A stretch of DNA of 64,000 nt from Eledone cirrhosa. Taxonomy: Eukaryota. Made by a program: the position numbers and the translations under genes. How positions within the stretch are numbered: position 1 is the stretch's first letter; each line of letters opens with the position of its first letter. Below, one piece after another: positions 41,385 to 54,272 of this stretch. Location of the stretch: assembly GCA_964016885.1 (NCBI GenBank), contig OZ024754.1, positions 16,182,001-16,246,000 of the forward strand, in the 5' to 3' direction. The notes under the pieces were generated by a model. The model was not told where the DNA came from and made no database searches. It worked only from the letters and a program-made list of their open reading frames with translations.

Positions 41385-42147
41385 TCAAACAGAATTTATA
41401 CTGCCATAGTCATCATTTGAATTATGTTTGTTACAAACATTTTCAGCTTTGTGGCTCCAGTATTTTTGTGAAGATTCAGCAAGACTGGCTGCCGAAAAAG
41501 CTGAACATAGTTCAGCATCTTCATGAGAGTATTGCTGTGGAAGTGAAGAGTGACGGGAAGATGTGCTGCTGTTACTACCAACACTTGCTTCACTTTGTGT
41601 AGGCTCTGGTAACTTTTGAGCTGATAAGCCACTAGTATGTCGATATGGTAGCTTGGGGCTATGACCAGCTGACCGAATTGTTGAAGGTGAATCTGAACCC
41701 GGAGAGAACTTTTTCAGCCACGCTGATGTGAGGTTAGAATTATCATAAACAAGGTCTCCACTACTAGAAATCGTCCTGTCTTGTTCTGACATGTCATTGT
41801 CACAATTTGAATTGTTCAAAAAGCTTTCATTACTCAAACTCAACATTTTATTTACTGGTCGCTGTATTTGAAAGAAATTGTCATCTGTTCTTTGAAACAT
41901 GTCTTCTGTTACTTGAACACCATTACTTGCCGTCATGGGTGATGGAAGCTCAGATGTAGCTTCCATTGCAAGTTCTGCAGTGCCTGTAGGAGATAACTTT
42001 GATGAAGTGTCCACAACGCCTTCAAGTTCATCAATCTCACATACAGCAGTTCTTGTTGCAGAATCTATAAGAGTCATTTGACCGGATGGTGAAATATAAT
42101 CTTGAAGATTTGATGGTACTGGACTCAAATGGTGTAATGTTTGTTCA
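41385..42147 (-). CDS. UVRAG: UVRAG terminal coding exon (Ser-rich C-terminal tail)
   Basis: Acceptor ttttag at 42148; phase 2 matches the previous exon; open for 253 codons to TGA at 41385-41387. Confidence 0.85.
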
Positions 42148-42267
42148 CTAAAATGTAAAATATAAGAAAAGAAAATATTTACAAATGGTAATAAATAAAA
42201 AAAAATACAACAAAATCTAATGATAGTTATTTGAAATGTTAGAATCTAAACACAGAATTGGTATAAA

Positions 42268-42430
42268 TAATTGTTTCTACTTTTTGGCACAAGGCCAGCA
42301 ATTACCTCAGTACATTCCTGGTACTTTATTTTATCGACCCCGTAAGGATGAAAGGCAAAGTTAACCTCGACAGGATTTGAACTCAGACCGTAAAGGGACG
42401 TAACTATGCTAGAAAGCATGGCGTCCAAGC
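42268..42430 (-). mobile_element. tRNA-derived SINE
   Basis: Same core and tail as the 7430 copy. Confidence 0.85.
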
Positions 42431-43276
42431 AATTGGCATACATAATGATAGCTTAGAAAATGGGGAGACAGAAAAAAATGGCTTGCAGTACCTTAAGGTG
42501 ATTTTACCTGATTTTCTAAAGCTATTATTATTCATAGTGATTCTGTGTTTGGATTTCAGTGTTTCAAATCATCCAAACCCCTCAAATTGTAAGATTTTTA
42601 CATCCATAGTTATATTTCCTCTTGATATTCTCTCTCTTTCTCTTAGCTCACTTATGCTCTGTTGTTTACATAAACTGATATTACACATCAGTCCTGAGTA
42701 TATGCGCATCATTTCTTTCTAGACTATGCAGATCTTTAGTTCTCAAGGCCCACATTTCACAGTCATGTAGCATTGCAGTTCAAATGCAAGCACCATACAG
42801 TCTACCTTTCACTGAAGCCCTTTGATGTCAGTAAAGGTACTAGCTCTCTAAACTTCTTTCAGCCCATTTTGTTAATTCGAAAGCCTTAACATGGACAGCT
42901 CATCACAAAATTAGAGACAGATATAGTGTGTAGCATCATTATATTGCAGTACAACCTTGACAGAAGTGCTCACACATCTTCATTTAATGCCTGCTAAATG
43001 ATGTGAGACCTTCTTGGCCATTTGAATTACAGATACAACACATTGCTTCTCTGGCAAATGGGTTTATAAAGTGTCTTGCTCAAGGACACAATGCACCACT
43101 AGGAATCAAACTCACAACCATAAGATTGTGAGCTGAATGCACTAACCACTAAGCCATGTACATTCACACTGGAGATGAGAGATTTTCATGGCTCTATTTC
43201 AAACAATGATATCACCACCAAAGTGAATTAATAATTAATTTTTTTAAGCAACACATTATTCTGTGTATCGTTTATG

Positions 43277-43326
<50 letters not shown>

Positions 43327-43538
43327 ATGTATATTCTACTCTATTACGTGTTTCAGCTGAGAGGCTGAGGTCATGCTGGGGCATATACATATAATTTATT
43401 TATTTTTTAAAACTGTAATGCAACAAAGAACCTAAGATAATATTAATTTTTTTTATTAAAAAACACAGTAGAAACTGTTACACTGTTAAATGTGGTTATG
43501 TTATGACAAAATACTTTATTTTCAAGATGTTATCTCAC

Positions 43539-43630
43539 CTTCTTACTCCCAACCGAAGTTCCAACAGAGATTTCAGGTTGGGTAATGTTAATCGGAGATC
43601 TGCAGTTCCAAGACCACAATACCATCGAAG
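43539..43630 (-). CDS. UVRAG: UVRAG exon
   Basis: LRWYCGLGTADLRLTLPNLKSLLELRLGVR (cf. vertebrate [20 protein letters not shown]); AG/GTGAGA; 92 nt, phase 0-2. Confidence 0.95.
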
Positions 43631-44378
43631 CTAGAAGATGAAAGAATTACAATATGAAAAATAATAATTTTTTTTATATTGGTACACAGACATACATTTT
43701 GAAATGACAATTAACTAAACAGATAAGAAATTGTTATTTAAAATATCTTAACCATATTGATTACGCTAAATGTAAATTGAATGTAATCCTGTCTCTTCTC
43801 CACCCACTTATTCCTGAGAGGGTTGTGAGGGGAGAGTCCTCAAGTACTTCTAGCGGGTTCTGTCAGAAGCAACTGTCTCCAACAGTCAGGCTGGATCCCC
43901 AAGCGAGACCAACCAAGCTCATGGCTGTTATCCAACCATCTTGCTCAGGGTCTACCCTTGCTGGTTGGTTTATATATATCATATTTAAGAGGGGAAAAGA
44001 CCTTCTACAATTATAGCTGACCATGGTTTGTACCTAGAAAGCTCTTCTGTGAAGGATAAGTCTGGGTAAGGTGTTTTTGTGGAAGACCAGAGTCAGCCAT
44101 ACATGCCAGTTTCCCCCTCTCCATGTCAACAATGTTGTCCAAGGAAAAAGCAAAAGCTGATACAGCTCGGCACCAGTGATGTTGCAACTCATTCTTTTTT
44201 TAGCTGAATGAACTGTAGCAATACAAAATAAAGAATCATGCTCAAGGCCACAATGAGCCGTTTGGTGCTGGAATCAAACTCACAACCTCATGATTATGAG
44301 CCTAATACTTTAACCCCTAAGCCACATGCCTTCACATATAATAACTAAGACATTAGATAATAGCACAATCATACTTAC

Positions 44379-44457
44379 TTGGCTAATATTCTTATTCAAA
44401 AGATAAACGCCATAATGAAAATAAAAATCTTTCTTTCCTTTACTATATAATGGAAAA
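44379..44457 (-). CDS. UVRAG: UVRAG exon
   Basis: FPLYSKGKKDFYFHYGVYLLNKNISQ; CAG/GTAAGT; 79 nt, phase 2-0. Confidence 0.95.
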
Positions 44458-44609
44458 CTGCAAAATAAATACAGACAATATGTAGTAAATAATATATGTG
44501 GTATTCATTGATCTGTCAGCATTTTTCAGAAGTTGGAAGTAATAAATATATGATTTCAAATGAACTGATGAAAGACAAAACAAGAATTATTAATAAAAAA
44601 AAAACTCAC

Positions 44610-44775
44610 TTGCGCTCTCGTTCACTTAATTTAGTGTGAATGTGGTCTTGGATCTGAGAGCGAGAGCCACGGTATTCCATGGGGTACCGTAACGGCAAAT
44701 TTAATATATGAGACAACATTAAAATCATATGACACGTGTAGCCTAATCCAACAGCAACCATAGTGTCATCATGCC
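44610..44775 (-). CDS. UVRAG: UVRAG exon (BARA-like domain)
   Basis: HDDTMVAVGLGYTCHMILMLSHILNLPLRYPMEYRGSRSQIQDHIHTKLSERER; CAG/GTGAGT; 166 nt, phase 1-2. Confidence 0.96.
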
Positions 44776-44925
44776 CTGAAAAATAGGAAACATATTTCGA
44801 GAGTAAATAATATGAAGGAAATAGAATATTGCATCCAAGTATAATTCAACAATAAACATACATATATTACACTAAAACTTAACAGAGAGAAATTCTGCTG
44901 TACTTAGGTATAGGTAGGGTGCATC

Positions 44926-45655
44926 TTAACCTATTTCTAATGAAAGGCACTTTCTATGTCTTTAACCCTTTCATTTACTATATTTCTAATGAAAGACTAT
45001 ATGTCATTAACCCCTTCATTGCCATATTTCTAATGAAAGACACTATGTCATTAACCCTTTCATTACCATATTTCTAATGACAGACACTATGTCTTTAACC
45101 CTTTCATTTACTATATTTCTAATGACAGACTATGTCATTAACCCTTTCATTACCATATTTCTAATGACAGACACTGTCATTAACCCTTTCATTACCATAT
45201 TTTTAATGACAGACACTATGTCATTAACCCTTTCATTACCATATTTCTAATGACAGACACTATGTCATTAACCCTTTCATTACCATATTTCTAATGACAG
45301 ACACTATGTCTTTAACCCTTTCATTTACTATATTTCTAATGACAGACTATGTCATTAACCCTTTCATTACCATATTTCTAATGACAGACACTATGTCATT
45401 AACCCTTTCATTACCATATTTCTAATGACAGACACTATGTCATTAACCCTTTCATTACCATTTTTCTAATGACAGACACTATGTCATTAACCCTTTCATT
45501 TACTATATTTCTAATGAAAGACTATATGTCTTTAACCCTTTCATTTACTATATTTCTAATGAAAGACTATGTCATTAACCCTTTCATTACCATATTTCTA
45601 ATGACAGACACTATGTCATTAACCCTTTCATTACCAGATTTCTAATGAAAGTCTC
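44926..45655 (+). repeat. ~44-bp minisatellite (~16 copies)
   Basis: Unit ttaaccctttcattaccatatttctaatgacagacactatgtca; the last unit runs into a MITE body that ends aaagggttaa at ~45885. Confidence 0.93.
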
Positions 45656-45982
45656 TGCCTATAATTTTCAAATCATTTTGAAATTAATAAAAAAATTGGA
45701 AAAATTTAGTAATAGAACAAACTAACTCATTAATAAGGTGGTGTTTGGAGCATAACTTAACAACACATTCTTACATGAAATTATGATGAAAGGTCTTTTT
45801 AGATAAATTTAAACACCTTAAAATAAACAGCTTTGTATTATAGAACAAGGGGAAAATTCAGTCAGTTTGGAATTAAAAGGGTTAATAAAGTGAGTTATAT
45901 TTGTTTTGTAAGTTCATAAATGTTCGGCATCTCTGGTATTGTTAGAGTGGAAGTGAACAACATGGATTCAAATGTTGCATCA

Positions 45983-46165
45983 TTGGCAGTATCGGTAGAG
46001 CGTTGAACAACATGCTTTGCAGCACAGAGTTACCACTGTTTACGGTCTGAGTTCAAATCCCACCGAGGTTAACTTTGCCTTTCATCCTTACAGGGTCGAT
46101 AAAATAAAGTACCAGTAATGCACTGGGATAATTGCTGGCCTTGTGGCCAAAAGTTGAAAATTATT
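45983..46165 (+). mobile_element. tRNA-derived SINE
   Basis: tggcagtatcggtagag (A-box-like), gagttcaaatcc (B-box), shared core and tail. Confidence 0.85.
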
Positions 46166-46683
46166 TAACATCCCTCTCGCTTTGATTATATTTATCTTTG
46201 TGCATTATACTTGAGTTTCCTAGCAATAATTAATTGCATTTATTATGTGTTTTGTCACAACAAAAAGCACCCAAACCACACTGTAAATATGTTAGCAAGG
46301 TTGGTATTATGAAGGGCATCCAGCCATAGAAATCTAGCCAGAAACAGTCCTATATGAGTATGACATTTGTCACCTGACCCAGGGACAAACCCGTCTAACC
46401 CATGATAGCGTGGAAAATAGACGACAAACGATGATGATGATTTGTGTAAATATTTTCATTCTGTAAGAATTATAAACAATTTGTAATGTTATTCATACAA
46501 CTGTGAATTTATATGAATAAAATTAATATTGAAAAAAAATTTTCCCTGTTAGCAAGGGCTGGACAAGAACTGTACTGTAATATAATTCTTTGGGGGCTCA
46601 AATCAAATTAGACATTAGTATTACATCAAGAACAGGTTTTTAACAAACTCCATTAATTAAATGAATGTAACCATAAGATTTAC

Positions 46684-46744
46684 CTTGAATGTCTTCTGCA
46701 TTTGGAAGTTTCACATCACAGATGAAAAATTGTTTATTAGAATC
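46684..46744 (-). CDS. UVRAG: UVRAG exon
   Basis: DSNKQFFICDVKLPNAEDIQ(G); CAG/GTAAAT; 61 nt, phase 0-1. Confidence 0.93.
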
Positions 46745-46984
46745 CTGGAATTAGGAAAAAATATAGCTATAATAACTAGACATATTATTTTGGGGGTAAT
46801 TTATAGAATTTTGAATAAAAATCTACTTTAAAAAAAATCATGAAGAGAATAGTTTTTATTTCAAAATTAAATAATTAAATAATTATGCATACAAATAAAC
46901 AATTTATATACAGCCCAATAGTGGGAGAAGGCATGTACACTCAATCATATGACCCAGGGAGTGCTGTAGTTTCTCTATAATAAT

Positions 46985-47395
46985 GATTTTTTATTTAGGC
47001 ACAAGGTCAGCAATTTTGGGGAGAAGGAAAAGTCAGTCACATTGACCAGTACTTTATTTTATTGACCACGGAAGGATGAAAGGCAAAATTAACCATGGTG
47101 GGATTTGAACTCAGAAAGTAAAGATCTGGAACAAATACTGCTAAGCAATTGTCCAGCACTCTAATGACTTCCAAATCTACCACCCTTAGTTTCCTGCTAA
47201 TAATGGTTTCCGATTTAGGCACAAGGCCAACAATCTTGAGGGAAGGGAAGTTAATTAAATTGGTACTTCATTTTATTGACCCCATAAGGATGAAAGGCAA
47301 AGTTAACCTTGGCGGGATTTGAACTCAAAACATAAAGGGACATAACTATGCCTCAAAGCATATTGTTGGGTGTTCTACCGATACTGCCAATCCAG
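46985..47395 (-). mobile_element. Two adjacent SINE copies
   Basis: ggatgaaaggcaaa...ggatttgaactc core occurs twice. Confidence 0.8.
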
Positions 47396-47586
47396 GTGAC
47401 CACGGCTTTAGCTAGGTAAATACAATTACAAGGAATCACGTTCTGCCTTTAGTAAATTGTATTAGAGATATAAAATATATATTCTGCAATGAGAAGGGGT
47501 AAAGAGAAGGTGACACAGCAAACTGAAGTCATCCCAACAAAATCGAGTATAATTTAAATGAAATGAGATGCACAGACAATTCTTAC

Positions 47587-47677
47587 CTCAGTAATTGGAT
47601 AAATATATTCTGCTAATTCTGTTATTAATTGCTTTCGCCGTATCCACAACTGAGCATTTTCTTTGACTAAGTGTTCT
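47587..47677 (-). CDS. UVRAG: UVRAG exon (end of coiled coil)
   Basis: EHLVKENAQLWIRRKQLITELAEYIYPITE; CAG/GTAAGA; 91 nt, phase 2-0. Confidence 0.94.
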
Positions 47678-48621
47678 CTGCATTAAAAACAATATAGATA
47701 TAACATTGAAATCAGGATGAAAGAAATATTACAATATGTAATTCGATATTGTATTGAAATGATATAGAATTACCAGCGAAATATTAACCATGAGGTGACC
47801 ATTTAAAAACAACTATATGAAGGAGATGGCACAAGATAAAACTGACTGATGATATGCAATAATACAAAAGACCCATCCCCCAATATAAGTAATGTGTGGA
47901 GAAACTGGAGATTAAAGTATTTGTTAATTAAATGGAGACATTATAAAGTTCGAGAGGAGTCTTCAGTCTAGCGTAGCATGTGACAACATTTCTAATGATG
48001 GTGCCATAATAAAACATACCTAGCTTACTCTGCATTTTGTAAAGTGGTAGTGCTAGTGCCACACACACACAAAAAAAAACCCCCCAATAGTGCTGGTGTC
48101 ACAAAAATTCACACCCAGTACATTCTGGAAAGTGATAGTGCTGGTGCCACAAAAAAACAAAAAAAAACACCCACTACACTCTGTAAAGTGGTTATGCTGG
48201 TGACACAAAAATACATACCCAGTACGCTCTGTAAAGTGATAATGCTGGTGTTACAAACAAAAAAACAACAAAAAACACCCAGTACACTCTGTAAAGTGGT
48301 AGTTCTGGTACCACAAAAAACACACTTAGTTCATTAGGCTTAATATAAGAATAAGCCCAGACCCTCCTAGCAGATGTCACAATGAGAGATTTCAGAACAT
48401 TTTGAAGGGGAAGAGGGGACACTCTTTCACAAGGAACATATTTCAGGACGTTTTTTTCTTTTCAAACTATATTTTCTAAATCTGAGGATGTACTATTAAA
48501 ATGTAAGGTTGCAGCACCATCCAGCAAAAGTTATAATTCCAAGTTATGAAAAAAATATATATTCAGGTTTAATGAAAAAATCCAAGCCTAAATATTCATA
48601 AAAGTCTTGAGATACACTTAC

Positions 48622-48852
48622 AAAATATTATAGAAAATAATATTGTCATTTATTTCATTGTTCTTTTTGAAAAGTTCTTCGTCTGAAGAGGAAGACGTAT
48701 CATTACATGAATCCATGGCCCGAGATTTATCAGAGAAGTTAATCTTTCCTTTATCAATGAGGCATTTTTTACCCTTTGTGACTTTGCAACCCCACACTGA
48801 TAAGTCCTCTAACAGTGTGGAGTAGCCAGTTATATTGGATGTGATGTGCCGG
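48622..48852 (-). CDS. Candidate alternative (cassette or terminal) UVRAG exon
   Basis: 231 nt, phase 2-2, open in the UVRAG frame; acceptor ttcttctgtttgctttttacatttag, donor GTAAGT; no resemblance to UVRAG sequences I know. Confidence 0.55.
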
Positions 48853-49174
48853 CTAAATGTAAAAAGCAAACAGAAGAATAAGACGTCCGGTTAAGAAACT
48901 GCAATTAGTCAGAATTGTTAACTGAGATATATAAAATGTCCAACATATCAGCTACTGAACCATCAGAGTTTTAGGTGTAAATGGGGAGAAAGAAATGGGG
49001 CGGGGGAGGGGGGAGGAAGCAAAAAGGATATTGAAGAAGGAATATGAATGAAGTTAGTAGAACTTGAATACTGACACAGGGAAGGTTAATTTTGACATGA
49101 CATTTCAAATGTTGAGTTGTATCAACAATAATATGTATCCTACATTTATGTGATACCATATTAATGTGGCAAGG

Positions 49175-49440
49175 AAGGGCATGGCCTAATGGTAAGGCTG
49201 TTGGACTTCAGATCATAATATCATGGGTTCGATTCCTGGGCTGGGTTGTGTTCTTGAGCAAAACACTTCATTTCCTGTTGCTCCAGTATAAAAAGCTGAG
49301 AATAAGTACCAGCAGTAGCTGGGGGTTTAACTCTGCAATAGACTGGCGCCCTGTCCAGGAGGGAATTTTGTACTCTCAGTCTATTCATGCCAGTGAAACC
49401 AGGATAAACATCAGCCTGATGAACCTCTGGGATTGAGACA
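49175..49440 (+). mobile_element. tRNA-headed SINE
   Basis: tggcctaatggtaagg (A-box), gggttcgattcc (B-box), then the gtgttcttgagcaaaacactt core; no tRNA acceptor stem. Confidence 0.75.
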
Positions 49441-50878
49441 GACTTTAGATATTAATGTAACAAAGTCATTAGAACGTTTTGCAATCTTCACTTCAACTCT
49501 CTGTCTTCTGAGTTCAACTCTGCTTTTCATCCTTTCAAGCCTGGTACTGGGGCCGATTCTTCCTCTCTATCTCTTTTACATGTCCTTTCCATCATTTTCT
49601 CTCCTTCTTTGAAAGAATTTGTCTGTGTTCAGCCTGGAGAGGGGATAGGCTCTGCAAGGTTTAAAGTGCCCAACACATACCATATGCCATAACAGTTCTA
49701 CAACTTCATCAGCAGTTATGGGTTCATACATATTATTGTGTAAGTATCAAACATCTGCACTTTGTACACAGATAGAACCAGGATAAATTGCCATGCTTCT
49801 AGTGTTAATATATTATGTATCTTATATTAAGTATTAATTAACTATAGTAGTCACTAACTATTGAGTATGACTTGGTAGTATGTACCATGCTTTTGTTAAG
49901 GCTTTAGGTGCCCATGCAGACGTGAGCAGACGCAGACACACTTTTTTGACCACACAGCTCTTTGATCCAGCAGAACATCCAGTATGTGACATCCAGAATG
50001 CAGAAACCTGGAACAAATATTCAATGCTCTAATGACTGTCAAATCAACCACCTATTTTATATAACAAGCTGTATGATTTACACTATGTAAGGGATAATTA
50101 GCATATCATTAAATATATTTTCACATCTCTTTGAAATTGAAAGATGGACATTTTTATTTCAGTTGACAACAGTTGATTTTACTTGCATAGAGGAGCAAAA
50201 ATAGTTATTGAAAAAGTCACAGAACGTGTGACAAAAGACCTTTGAGAATTAACCATCTGGTTACTAAACTATTCAAGAAATGGGTAGTTTAGTAACCAGA
50301 TGGTTATTTAAAACTGAAATGAAACTCAACAGGTGCATGTCTTTTTATTGGCAACATAACTCTCCCAAAGTATAACAAAATCTTGTTTCAACACAATTTC
50401 GCATCAAGAATCTTGTAAAAGAAATGCAAAAAATGAAGAACCACAAGTTTTAGTAAAGCTAGCTTGACATTGAAAGGTGTTATATTCTGTTGTTAAAGAA
50501 AAAAACCTAACTAAACAACTTCACTTCATAAAACAACGTGTCTCCTCTAGAGAATATACCAATACCATCAAATACAATGAAAAAGATGGCAACTCACTCA
50601 AGATCAAGCTGAACCACTGAAAAAAAAGAAGAAAATCACGACTTCTAAACATAAAAAAGGAAATCTACATAACCATGGAGGTCTGTGTTTGAGTCCAACA
50701 GGTGCTAATGTCCATTTTTTCCATTAAGAGGTCTTATATGCCTTATTATTTAGACTAATTTTCTATAGCGTAAAAAAAAATAAAAAAAAATATGAAACAA
50801 ACATCCTTTTTTTAAAAACTTTCCTCTCTAACCTTCTCCCACTACTCTTGAGTATATCTGTTCCCTCCTTATCTGAAC

Positions 50879-50914
50879 TTTCCTGAAGAAGGACTTCTGT
50901 CTGAAACGTTGAAA
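50879..50914 (+). ncRNA. Degenerate minimal type I hammerhead motif (Penelope-like remnant)
   Basis: tttc-CTGAAGA-aggac ttct gtct-GAAA-cgtt-gaaa. Confidence 0.55.
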
Positions 50915-50993
50915 CCTCCGCCACTTCCACTAAGCATGAACCTAATATAACTGTAAAATTGCCTCCTTTGTTTTGTTTGTTTCATTTATTAAC

Positions 50994-51025
<32 letters not shown>

Positions 51026-51924
51026 TATATATATATAAACTATATATATATATATATATTATAATTCATGTTTCGATCATTGTTACACCTCTTACTCTAG
51101 TGACAGATAAACACCACAAAGTTTGTCTTCTCATTAATATAAATGTCACAAGATAGGTTAATAATGTTCTCTTAACTTTTAACATCCTGTACCACATAAA
51201 ATCACATTAGCAAGACTTTCTTGAGAAGTATAAAACAACACTGACTGCATCACATTAAACTTTGAAATCTTTTCTCTAATACTACACATTTTCACAACAA
51301 TCTGTCCACCAGTAAAGATACTATAAACATTTGAATTATCAAACCCATATTTTAGGAGAGCAAAAGTTAAATGACAGAATATCCTTTTACAATAAAAAAA
51401 AAAAAGCACCATCATATTATCAACTCTTTGATCAGTTGTTTTCATCATAACACACACAAAAAAAGTAAAGTATATCCTTTACTTTATATAGCAATGTACT
51501 GTTATTTATACACTCATCTGGCTAGCACTGCAAATGTTGATGGAGGTAGAGAATGGTTAAAGATAATGTTAGTTGATTCTTAGTTATTAAATGAGGAATA
51601 TTTGGTTATATATACGTAAGGATAAATAATTGTTAATATGGCATGAAAAGAAGAGAATGTAGAAAGAAGGAACTCTGGAGAGAAAAGTAGTAGTTTTAGG
51701 ATAGCTGGTTGGTAGGTAAACAGGTAGTAACACTAGAGCAAGCAAGAAATACAATCCCCACCATCTTGTAAAGTGGGGAATTGGCAGAGTCATTAGAAGG
51801 TCAGATAGAAAGCTTAGTCTGAAAGCTTTAACATTTTCTGGTTAATAAATAAAGTAGCAGTTAAGTACTGGGGTGAATTTTCACTCTTTCTCCCCAGATT
51901 AAAAATGCCCAAGACACGTATGTA

Positions 51925-52085
51925 ATCGACTCCAGTGCATTACTGGTATTTCATTTTTTTGACCCTGTAAGGATGAAAGACAAAGTTAACCTCGGCAGAA
52001 TTTGAACTCAGAACGTAAAGGGTCATAACTATGCTGCAAAGCATGGTGTCTGACACTCTACCAATACTGTTAATCCACCACCCTT
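51925..52085 (-). mobile_element. tRNA-derived SINE
   Basis: Shared SINE core. Confidence 0.82.
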
Positions 52086-52233
52086 AAGTCAAACTAGAAA
52101 CAATAAATGTCTCATCTTTATAGTTTGTTTATATGGAATTATGCATTGACAAAATGAATGAGAGTGTGCAGTTTCTAATCATTGCATGAACAGATTTCTA
52201 ACACACACAGTATGACATCTAAATGTTTAAAAA

Positions 52234-52447
52234 TTAAACCTTTAGCATTTACATTACTCTATATATACTATTGTATTTTCACAATAAAGGCTTTACCTCA
52301 CAATCATCTCCCATAATATCGAATTTATGAGATTTTGATATTTATATTGGGAACAATACCTTAAGATAAGTATGAGTAGCTGGTTATGGCCAGTTTGAAC
52401 AGAAAGAGATGAGAGAATTCTGGCTGGTTTAAATTCTAAAGAGTTAA
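52234..52447 (+). mobile_element. TTAA-flanked piggyBac-type MITE
   Basis: ttaaacctttagcatttac ... taaattctaaagagttaa. Confidence 0.85.
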
Positions 52448-54272
52448 AGATATGTTGCTAACTGCTAAAGAGTTAAATGTTAAAATGTAAGTTTGGGAGG
52501 TAAATAAAGCAAAGCAGTTTTGGTTAGAGTGTAAAAGGAAATATATTTACAAAACCTTATCTATTTTATTCTGCAGAATTATGAAAAAACATTTACAATA
52601 ATTTTTCTATGAAAAATTACATGCAATGAAACATTTAATTGGAATGTTTTAAAAAAAGAAAACATTTAAAAATCAGACTATTAAAATTTAATTTGGAGGT
52701 TTGCAGTTTTTAAAAATTGTTTTTTTTCATATACAACTTTCTGTAAGAATTATTTTAAAGATATTAAAAGCCAAAAATACTTTTAAAATTAATTCTGTCT
52801 CAAAATAAATATTAGCAATTATTATTATTATTATTATTAAGCAAGTATTATATGATAAAGAAAAATGAACTATTGAGAAATACCATATTCATTGAATAGA
52901 TTTTACTTTGGAAATAAAATTTAAATTGATTCTTAAAGCTGATGAATAGAAAAACTTGAACAAATTAAATCAGATTATATTTTCAAGGCATCTTATTTTT
53001 CTCTTCAAGTTTAAATTATAAAACATTAATTACAATATTTAAATATATTTAACAATCATAATATCTTGATGGAATTAGACAATCAACTTTATTAAGATTT
53101 TGTAAGAAATTGATTAAAACAGCTGGTAAGTTAAATATAGTTTTATAGAATAGAAAGAAGCTGAATTATTATATATGCAAGTTTAAATTTAGCGACAAGC
53201 TTTTAATAAACATAAACAAGCCATATTAATGCAAAAAAAAAAAAGTGGTGGCGCATTTTTTAACCCTGTAACAATCTAAATTATCAATATGCAAAGAATC
53301 TTGTTATTGATCTTTCCCAATTTATTCAAATGTCAATAATTTAGCAACAAACAGACGATATAATTGCTGGGATGCAATTAAAAATGTTGTGTTTGTATTT
53401 TTAATTTAAATAGAAACACTATTTTAATTAATTAACGAAGAATTTTGAGGGAGTTACTAGAATTATTAATTAGTTCTATTCAACATATAGTTCTTATGTT
53501 GGAAGATTTTATGAACCTTTCAAAATGAATGTTTTTTTTCCATAGAATCAGAGCCAGTTTTTGGCCAGGTTCGTATCAAAAGATTGTTCAACCATTAAGA
53601 TTCTTTAAAACATGTCCAAGTCTTCAATTTTGCCATTTTCTTTCCATAAGAATTAAATATTTGAAGCATCAATAATTAATAGATTTTACAGGGTTAATAT
53701 TAATATTTTATGCATGTATATTGAATAGCATTAATGTATTTGATATATATATATATATTTATTTATGTAATAAACAACATAAAATAATTATTTCATTTAC
53801 CAGTGGTTTCTTGAAGGCAGATGTTATGTCCGTCTTCAGTTGTCAGAATGAATAAATAACAAAAACAGACATAACATCTGCCTTCAAGAAACCAATGGTA
53901 AATGAAATAATTATTTTATGTTGTTTATTACATAACTAATAAGCTCTGTAGCCTACATAGAGCACTCTTTTTTCCTGTACCTTTCCGACGGAAATACTTA
54001 ATTTATATATATATATATATATTGGTAGTGATAGTGCCATGATAAAAAGCACCCAGTCCACACTATCAGCTAGTAATGGTGGGGTAAAATGCATCTGGTA
54101 CATGCCGTGAAGTGGTTGGCATTAGGAAGAGCATCCAGCTATAGAAACTATACCAAAATGGAATGTATGAGAGGGAGACAGTTAGACTCGTCTAGCCTCA
54201 AAATATAACAACTCATCTAGCTACTGACTTAAAACGTTAATGATGAAATAGTTACAATAGTAACTTTTTTAC

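Noticed and set aside
49175-49250. tRNA gene
   Set aside because: A and B boxes are present but there is no acceptor stem, and it runs into a SINE core.
50272-50280. Loop ttcaagaaa resembling the synthetic shRNA loop TTCAAGAGA
   Set aside because: Imperfect match, longer loop, no vector sequence nearby.
51179-51457. ORF containing FYTSQESLAN, resembling the UVRAG FYxSE motif
   Set aside because: Wrong position in the exon order and no convincing splice sites.
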